From positions 1,073,983 through 1,137,982 of the forward strand of contig NW_024037060.1 of the NCBI RefSeq assembly GCF_015706575.1: DNA of 64,000 bases. Direction: 5' to 3'. This stretch comes from Patiria miniata. Taxonomy: Eukaryota. Position 1 is the stretch's first letter, and each line of letters begins with the position of its first letter. The notes beneath the pieces are model-generated. The model saw only the letters and a list, made by a program, of their open reading frames with translations. It was not told where the DNA came from and searched no databases. A program made the translations under genes and the position numbers. Shown here piece by piece: positions 57,898-64,000 of the stretch.

Positions 57898-58054
57898 AAC
57901 CCGACCCAGCCCAACCCAACCCAGCCCAGCCCAGCCCAGCCCAGCCCAGCCCAGCCCAGCCCAGCCCAGCCCAGCCCAGCCCAGCCCAGCCCAGCCCAGC
58001 CCAGCCCAGCCCAGCCCAGCCCAGCCCAGCCCAGCCCAGCCCAGCCCAGCCCAA
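57898..58054. repeat. (CCCAG)n microsatellite, about 31 units, in P5 intron 4
   Basis: cccagcccaacccaacccag(cccag)n. Confidence 0.9.
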
Positions 58055-58079
58055 ACCCAACCAATGTGGTAAGTCTCAC

Positions 58080-58280
58080 GTGACATTCTTGGGCACATCG
58101 CTCACGATGTTCGGACCAATCAGGAAAGAGCAAGCCAGGCCGAAGTAGCCTGCCGTGGAGGCTATAGCCGTAGATGTAGTGCGCTGATGAGGTGGAAACC
58201 AGACTGCCGAGAGCTGCGTCGGTGCCGCTTGGAGAATGGGTGCTGACACGCCCACAAAGACCTGACCAATGTTGGCCGTC
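58080..58280 (-). CDS. P5 exon 4/11
   Basis: 201 nt; [67 protein letters not shown]; donor AC|gtgaga. Confidence 0.7.
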
Positions 58281-58722
58281 CTGGAAAAAAGGGAAATAGA
58301 GGTTTAGTGCGAAATTTGAACTTTATGAAATACGGACTGTAGGTTGTCTTGCGCAGGCCTCTTGAGGTGATTAAAAAAACAAAGAAAGGTGGAAGCCGTT
58401 CGTGAACATGACTGTGTGCTTGTATTTATGTGAACATTAGGATGAAATTGGGCCCTGAACTTGTTCTGTAATTTTGCAACGGAGTACAGGCACCATTTTT
58501 GAAAATGGTGACGGGCTTCAGGACTACTTCTACAGGGGTGATCATAATTATTTGAATGGAAATTTCTCCCAAAAGTCATCGGATTACCCCCCCCCCCAAA
58601 AAAAATGAACAGAAAATGAACGACGATGAAGTAAGCTTTAATTTGATGTGTATCAAATAACTTGGAGAGGTGCGAGTATTTTTTCTTGATTTTTGGAACA
58701 AAACATTTGGGGACATTCGTAC

Positions 58723-58813
58723 CATTTGATGTTTTCCATTCCGACTGGAATGCAACGTAAACCCATGCCGAACAGGAAGAGTAAAGCACTGCACAGCACA
58801 GCAAAGCGTAGTC
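58723..58813 (-). CDS. P5 exon 3/11
   Basis: 91 nt; GLRFAVLCSALLFLFGMGLRCIPVGMENIKW. Confidence 0.7.
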
Positions 58814-59267
58814 CTGTTAAGATAAAGTCAAACAAGAATCGTTTGGGTGGACTCTAACCAGCCAGTGAATCCGAACAAGATCATTGGTCGAAAGTCGAAA
58901 CACGTGTTTTTTTTTTAAGTTAACAGGTGGTTGTGTGCGAGCTTCTTGTGCTTTTTCTGACAATCCTATACGGAGGGTGCCGTGTTTAGATTGTGTAAAT
59001 ACTTCAAGTAAGAAGCAACCGCTGTAGGAAATAAGTATTAAATTCGCACACCAATTTTGATGTAACAAAATGGCGTTGTATATCGATGACCCAAAGTTAG
59101 ATTTTAAAATTCAATGATGTGGATTAACAAGACTAATTTTAAATATTTATACGACCTCCGTGCTATGGCTCATTAAAAAGAATTAATGACCGTCACATCA
59201 AAAATATATTCACAAACAAGATTGTTTTATTATTATACACACAAAAACAAAAACGTCATTCACCGAC

Positions 59268-59378
59268 CTTTGACCTTCAGTATATAGGAAAAGATGAATC
59301 CCGTCACGACGTACGTGATTGGCCCCCAGTTGATGCACAAGTCGAGGTCCGCTTGGGTCCACCGTAGAACTACTTCGG
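59268..59378 (-). CDS. P5 exon 2/11
   Basis: 111 nt; acag|CC...AAAG|gtcggt; TEVVLRWTQADLDLCINWGPITYVVTGFIFSYILKVK. Confidence 0.7.
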
Positions 59379-59962
59379 CTGTGTCAAACATCACAACAAA
59401 TGACTTGAAGAGCAAACAAATGTTTTGATAGCAAATTCTTATTGTTGAGGGCGTGAGTTTGAACGTTCTGAGGGAAGTTGCATTATATAAGCAAAAAAAA
59501 AAAAACCAAGCTTAAGGCCATCAACAGATGTTCCTCCGCTGGTGGCCCTCTATAATCACTGCACACGTAAATCCCAACCGAACAGCTGCGCAAACTTAAT
59601 TATCCCTCCACTCTTTTCCGCAGCATTGCACTGTACGCGGAATATGCTTAATTATGTTCCATTATAGAGTAAAGTATAGTCATCGCAAAAGGTAAAAAAA
59701 ACCCAAATTACCAGACAAATCATCAAACGAGTAGAGAGTAGGGGCGTGGGCTAAAATTTGGAGGGAGGAATTTGGAGGTAGTTCGCATCGTTTGAAGAGG
59801 GACTCAAAGGTTAAAAAAAAAGAGCTCATTTGCATTCAACGAATTCTGAGCGGGGAAAGCACAAGCCATGGAGGGGGTGGGGGGGGGGGCCGGGGGGTAC
59901 CCCCATTTCCCCCTTAATAACATCACTGCCATCAGAGAGACAAAACAATGAGGACATCTTAC

Positions 59963-60287
59963 TGGTATCAGCTATGGGACCCCACGTGTTCCAGGCAGCC
60001 GCCTGTAAGACAAAGAGAAGCGAGAAGACGGCCAGGATGTACCACCGTCTTGCATAGGCCACATAGTGCTCCTCCTGCAGATGCTCATGGTGCTTATGAT
60101 GATAACCGTCCAGACTCTGGCGAAGGCTGCAATTCTTCTCGGAGTCTCTGGGCGAGATTGGGGGAGGAGTGCAGGCGTCGTTCAGCGTGCACTCGGGCGG
60201 CCCGGCGAGGGGTGTGGTCCGAGGGAAGTCATCTTCAGCGTACGGCAGGAGCGGTCTTGTGTCGGGTTCTTTCTCAGTCCGATCCAT
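59963..60287 (-). CDS. Divergent SLC49-family (DIRC2-like) paralog P5, exon 1/11
   Basis: Minus strand; cgatATGGat Kozak (ATG = plus 60285-60287); MDRTEKEPDTRPLLPYAEDDFPRTTPLAGPPECTLNDACTPPPISPRDSEKNCSLRQSLDGYHHKHHEHLQEEHYVAYARRWYILAVFSLLFVLQAAAWNTWGPIADT; donor GT at 59962-59961. A longer N-terminus from an upstream ATG (60422) is possible but passes through a poly-T-derived FFF stretch. Confidence 0.65.
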
Positions 60288-62989
60288 ATCGAAAAAAAAA
60301 TCTGCCGAACTTAAAGAAACGGAGACGGAAAGTATGCAAAACTTGTCTAGATTTTTCCAGTCAATATTATTGACTATAGGAAAAATTGTTATGCAAATAA
60401 CTAAAACTGGAGTCAAATCCAACTAGTCAATATTTTGACTACATGTAAGTTGTTTTATTTCCTTTTAAAGTAGCAAATTAATCATTCAATTTCAGGTTTA
60501 AATTGAAGTTTATAAACACATTAATATGCATGACAACTAACTGAAGTGCCTTCCTAGATCTTACAATTGGACAGCGATAAGCAACCGGAATCGCAAAATC
60601 GCATTTTTTATTAGTAAAATTTGAAAGTTCTATATGGACCTCCATTACACTGTGATGTCCGTGTTTCCTGGTGTGAATTGTATGTCTGGTAAGACTCTGG
60701 TTCACTTCCCCTTTCAATTTAGTGCTGAATGAACATTTAAGCTATATCTGTCAAGGAAATAGTAAGCCGACACAGCTTTATGAAACTGTACTTTTTCATG
60801 CAGAGCAGAGGTATGTGTAATATCCACCATCGTGTTTACTGCATGAAGGTGCATACAAAGTTACTAACAAAAGCAACATTGTTGGTTTTCCTTTCGTGAC
60901 AGGCTTCAAAGTGTGATGGTTTGTTAGTGATGGTTTGTTAATGACGGTTTGTTCGCCATTTGTTGTAAATAGGATGCTTGCAACACATGTCTTTTATGCT
61001 GAGCTCCTCTGTAAAGCATATAAAAAAGTTAGTTTACGTGTGCGTTTTGTAACACGCGCGAACATCGCCAAAATTGACTGAAATGTGTGAAATCTAGATT
61101 GAAGCAAGCATGTTAACAGCGTCCCACAATGTGAACAAATGCCCTAAAGTAATGAGCAATCTGAATACGTTGAATACACAAGCCATTTGCCTTCCCGCAC
61201 TTGTCATATCATCAGCCGCATTACACCCAATTCACATTTAAATACAATATTAGTATAAGCGAACAAAGATTTCTCAATGTCATGAACAGGATAGCTCTTT
61301 TATCATGTGACCGCGGCCTGACTCGTGGAGAGTACACGCGCAATCGGAACTTCCTCTTCAAGGCTACTTCCTGTGTATAGGCTACGAATTATTTGCTTCA
61401 TATGTCATTTGGCGAACGATACCATCATGACGTCACTGAAGAAAGCCACATTCATTTTGAATTTATCTCATCATATCTTCTGGTTTGTGAGATATGGCAT
61501 TTTAACTTTTATAAATGGTCACATTTCTTAGTTTTCTAAAATCTGACATGACACGTTTAATATGCCTACGTTTATTGTGTACTGGAGTGTGTGCTCAAAC
61601 AGGCGCAGAAACAAAACTGGTGAAAAAGACGGCAGAAAAAAAATAATCTGAACAGAAACAAAAGGCGTTTGGGATACAAACTCGCGCTAGTTTGAATCAA
61701 ACAGATCAGTGTAATTAAAGCATAAAGTGACGCTATCTCATCTTACCTCAATTCCAAAGATAATCACGCCTTATTTCACACAGAAGGCAAACTAGAAGGA
61801 ACAAGCAGGGTCGAGTTTAGGTTTGCACATTTAAAGGCTCACACTTGATATATTCATGCACGCCTTCCCTAGCCCTGCGCGTGACTGCTTCGCGGTTTCG
61901 CACTCGTGAATATAACCCGACTGTTGAACTTTAACCACCAACAACAGACTACAAACAAATCAAACACTTATGAACAACTATGGACCATTGTGTTTCAAAG
62001 ATTGAACTAACTGTGATATAATATGTACATGCAATTCCCAGTATTTAGAGGGTATTTGACGTCGCCGGGGCGCATCAGAAAGATGGGAGTTAATAATTGG
62101 CCGAAATTGTGGAACTGTTTGTTGGGAGCTGGAGGGAAGTGCGGTCTTTTTTGAATGGTTTTATCATGACGAAATACTACACCGCGCAGCATTAAATAAC
62201 CTTAACGTCCTAGCCATTACTTTGGGATAAAGAACTGAGTACATGTACTACAGAAAACTTTCAGTGTTGTGCACGCTTAAGTGTAATATATGCTGAAGTA
62301 TTTCATACTATCGTTACTAGTACAGGTAGCTACGTGCACAACTTTTGCAAGGCGCAGTCCAATTTAAAAGCACTCCGATTCAAAATAACGGACTAAGTAC
62401 AGTTGAAAATTATCACGACTATAAATACATCGTCACCAGGCATGTTTATTTAATGTGCCAGAATTTCCAATTGACTAATACTACAAAGAAAGAGTGCTCA
62501 TCTGGCCAGTACATTTTAAAATTTATAATCACAAATTAATCGTTTTCATATTTCAAATATTATTTTTTTTCGGGAGGTCTACATATGACCATTTTTCATA
62601 TGAGAATTTTTTTCGTGACAGTATAAAGTTGCACTGCTTCAGCAACAGAAATCAAAAGAACTTGAGTAATTCCACTTCTTAATTGTAACATTTTTTTAAA
62701 TGTTCATACTGTGTTTTCAGTATTATAAACCAAGGCTTTTTTTTTTTTTTTTTTACAATATCAGCTTAAATAGAAAAGAACAACTTGTTGCACTTCTAAC
62801 TGATGTTTTAAAGTCACTTAAAACAATGATTTCACTTACCGGTCTTTTTTTGCTTTTTTTTGCATTAATTGATTTCGGACCTCAATTTAATAAAAAATAA
62901 AAACTGCCACTGTTCACACTTCGTTCACATATCTATTTGAATTTTTAGAAAAACGAAAAGAACAGATACTTCCACCATTCACTGGCATG

Positions 62990-63470
62990 GGGCACCAAAC
63001 CCCACATAGGGTACTGTGACTGTTGTGGGGCTCTACCTTTCTTAATCCTGCGAAATCCTCGCAAACATCTTGGTGGACTTTGAAGTGTCTGGGAAGATTG
63101 CGAGTGAACAGTTTCTTCCATTCTGAGCTCAACTCTCCTAGCTCTTAAAAAATCCTACAAATCTTCTGGTCTGTTGGAGTTTGAAAGATCTGGGAAGGTT
63201 GGGGTCAAACAAGTTTATCCTTTTTTTGTGTTATTCATGTAATAGCAACATGGCTCAACCTTCCTCAATCCTACAAAATCCTCCAAACATCCTCTTAGAA
63301 TCTGGATGATCAAAAAAGCTTAGTATTGAACAGTTTTTTCCTTTCATGTAATGTCATAGAGGAAGGGCTTAACATTCCTTGATCCTACAAATTCCTCCAA
63401 AACCTGTTGGAGTTTGAAGGATCTGGGAATATTAGGGTTGAACAGCTTCTGTATCTATCTGTCAACCATC
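62990..63470. repeat. Degenerate roughly 110-120-bp minisatellite (about 4 units)
   Basis: Recurring ...cttaatcctgcgaaatcctcgcaaacatcttggtggactttgaagtgtctgggaagattgcgagtgaacagtttcttcc... with variants (atcctacaaa(a/t)tcctccaaa...ggagtttgaa(a/g)gatctgggaa(g/t)(g/a)ttggggt(c/t)(a/g)aaca). Confidence 0.5.
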
Positions 63471-63488
63471 AAACAGTTGATTTTTGTT

Positions 63489-64000
63489 TTAGAAAATCAG
63501 TAGCTGGTCTCCATTCAAGCTGATTCTAGCTTGATTTTTGCTCCTCTTCTTGGTCGTCACATCCTTCTGCTCCGATTTGCTCAGTCGAATCCCAGTGAAC
63601 TCTTTAATCTTCGGCTCCTCTTCAGGTGTGTCGCTGCTCTCGTAATCATCGCTGGAGGGCTCCGGCTCAGACGTCTTTGACTTTCTTCTACTCTGAGGTG
63701 TCTTTGTTTTAGATAGAAGACCCTGGTCTTTTCTCAAACTGCTCGGCACTTTGGGGGTTTCGGGGACTACTTTGGGAGTGACCGAGGTATCCTTTGAGAG
63801 ATTCTTTGCTGTGCTCTTTGGCGTGGCTGCTGTGCTTTTCCTAGCATCTCCCGTCTTCTTTGGCGTCTCAAATTTGGACTTGACTGCTGGAGATGCTGCT
63901 CTCTTCAAAGACAACCTCCCACTTTTCCTGGTCTGGCTCAGAGCTCCTGATGACTTTTCCTCCTTATTTTTCTTGAGTGGGGATGCAGGAGAGGCAGCCT
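63489..64000 (-). CDS. 3' part of a K/S/P-rich (probably disordered, nuclear-type) protein-coding exon. The ORF is open to the window edge
   Basis: Minus-strand ORF runs uninterrupted from position 64000 to TAA at 63491-63489: ...KKNKEEKSSGALSQTRKSGRLSLKRAASPAVKSKFETPKKTGDARKSTAATPKSTAKNLSKDTSVTPKVVPETPKVPSSLRKDQGLLSKTKTPQSRRKSKTSEPEPSSDDYESSDTPEEEPKIKEFTGIRLSKSEQKDVTTKKRSKNQARISLNGDQLLIF*. Confidence 0.4.
   Translation of the reverse strand, partial: AASPASPLKKNKEEKSSGALSQTRKSGRLSLKRAASPAVKSKFETPKKTGDARKSTAATPKSTAKNLSKDTSVTPKVVPETPKVPSSLRKDQGLLSKTKTPQSRRKSKTSEPEPSSDDYESSDTPEEEPKIKEFTGIRLSKSEQKDVTTKKRSKNQARISLNGDQLLIF

Noticed and set aside
57756-58133. ORFs encoding (GLGWA)n or (PSPAQ)n repeats
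   Set aside because: They are translations of the (CCCAG)n microsatellite in P5 intron 4.

Overview
This is a eukaryotic nuclear window, probably from an invertebrate metazoan. It has GT-AG introns, Kozak-type ATG contexts, moderate GC, and many MITE and foldback elements with G/C homopolymers.

**Main content.** Five paralogous 11-exon genes encode 12-TM major-facilitator transporters of the SLC49 family. The closest match from memory is DIRC2/SLC49A4 (motifs [85 protein letters not shown]). Four copies (P1-P4, + strand) lie head-to-tail in about 10-11 kb units. P4 carries a start-proximal frameshift. A fifth, diverged copy (P5, - strand, 53178-60287) is convergent with P4. Exon lengths and phases are identical across copies, and each reconstructed CDS is a multiple of 3 (P1 1485 nt, P2 1458 nt, P3 1485 nt, P5 1521 nt).

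**Copy-specific structure.** The copies differ mainly by transposable-element insertions:
- P1: a 998-bp TIR element in the promoter.
- P1: a 2.3-kb insertion in intron 10.
- Between P1 and P2: a roughly 10-kb composite insertion bracketed by long inverted repeats.
- Near P2 and P3: two foldback-type elements with tandem-repeat TIRs, one with an 8-bp TSD confirmed by empty paralogous sites.
- Several loci: hAT-like elements with 8-bp TSDs.
- All four + copies: one MITE family (TIR CAAGGGCGGATCCAG) at the same intron-10 site, so it is older than the duplications, plus newer copies elsewhere.
- P5 intron 8: a 1.28-kb near-perfect palindrome.
- P5 intron 4: a (CCCAG)n microsatellite.

The 3' end of the window holds the C-terminal part of a K/S/P-rich ORF on the minus strand that runs off the window, followed by a roughly 120-bp minisatellite. 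No rRNA, functional tRNA or CRISPR was found. The ORF-track calls that use GTG/TTG starts are not meaningful here.
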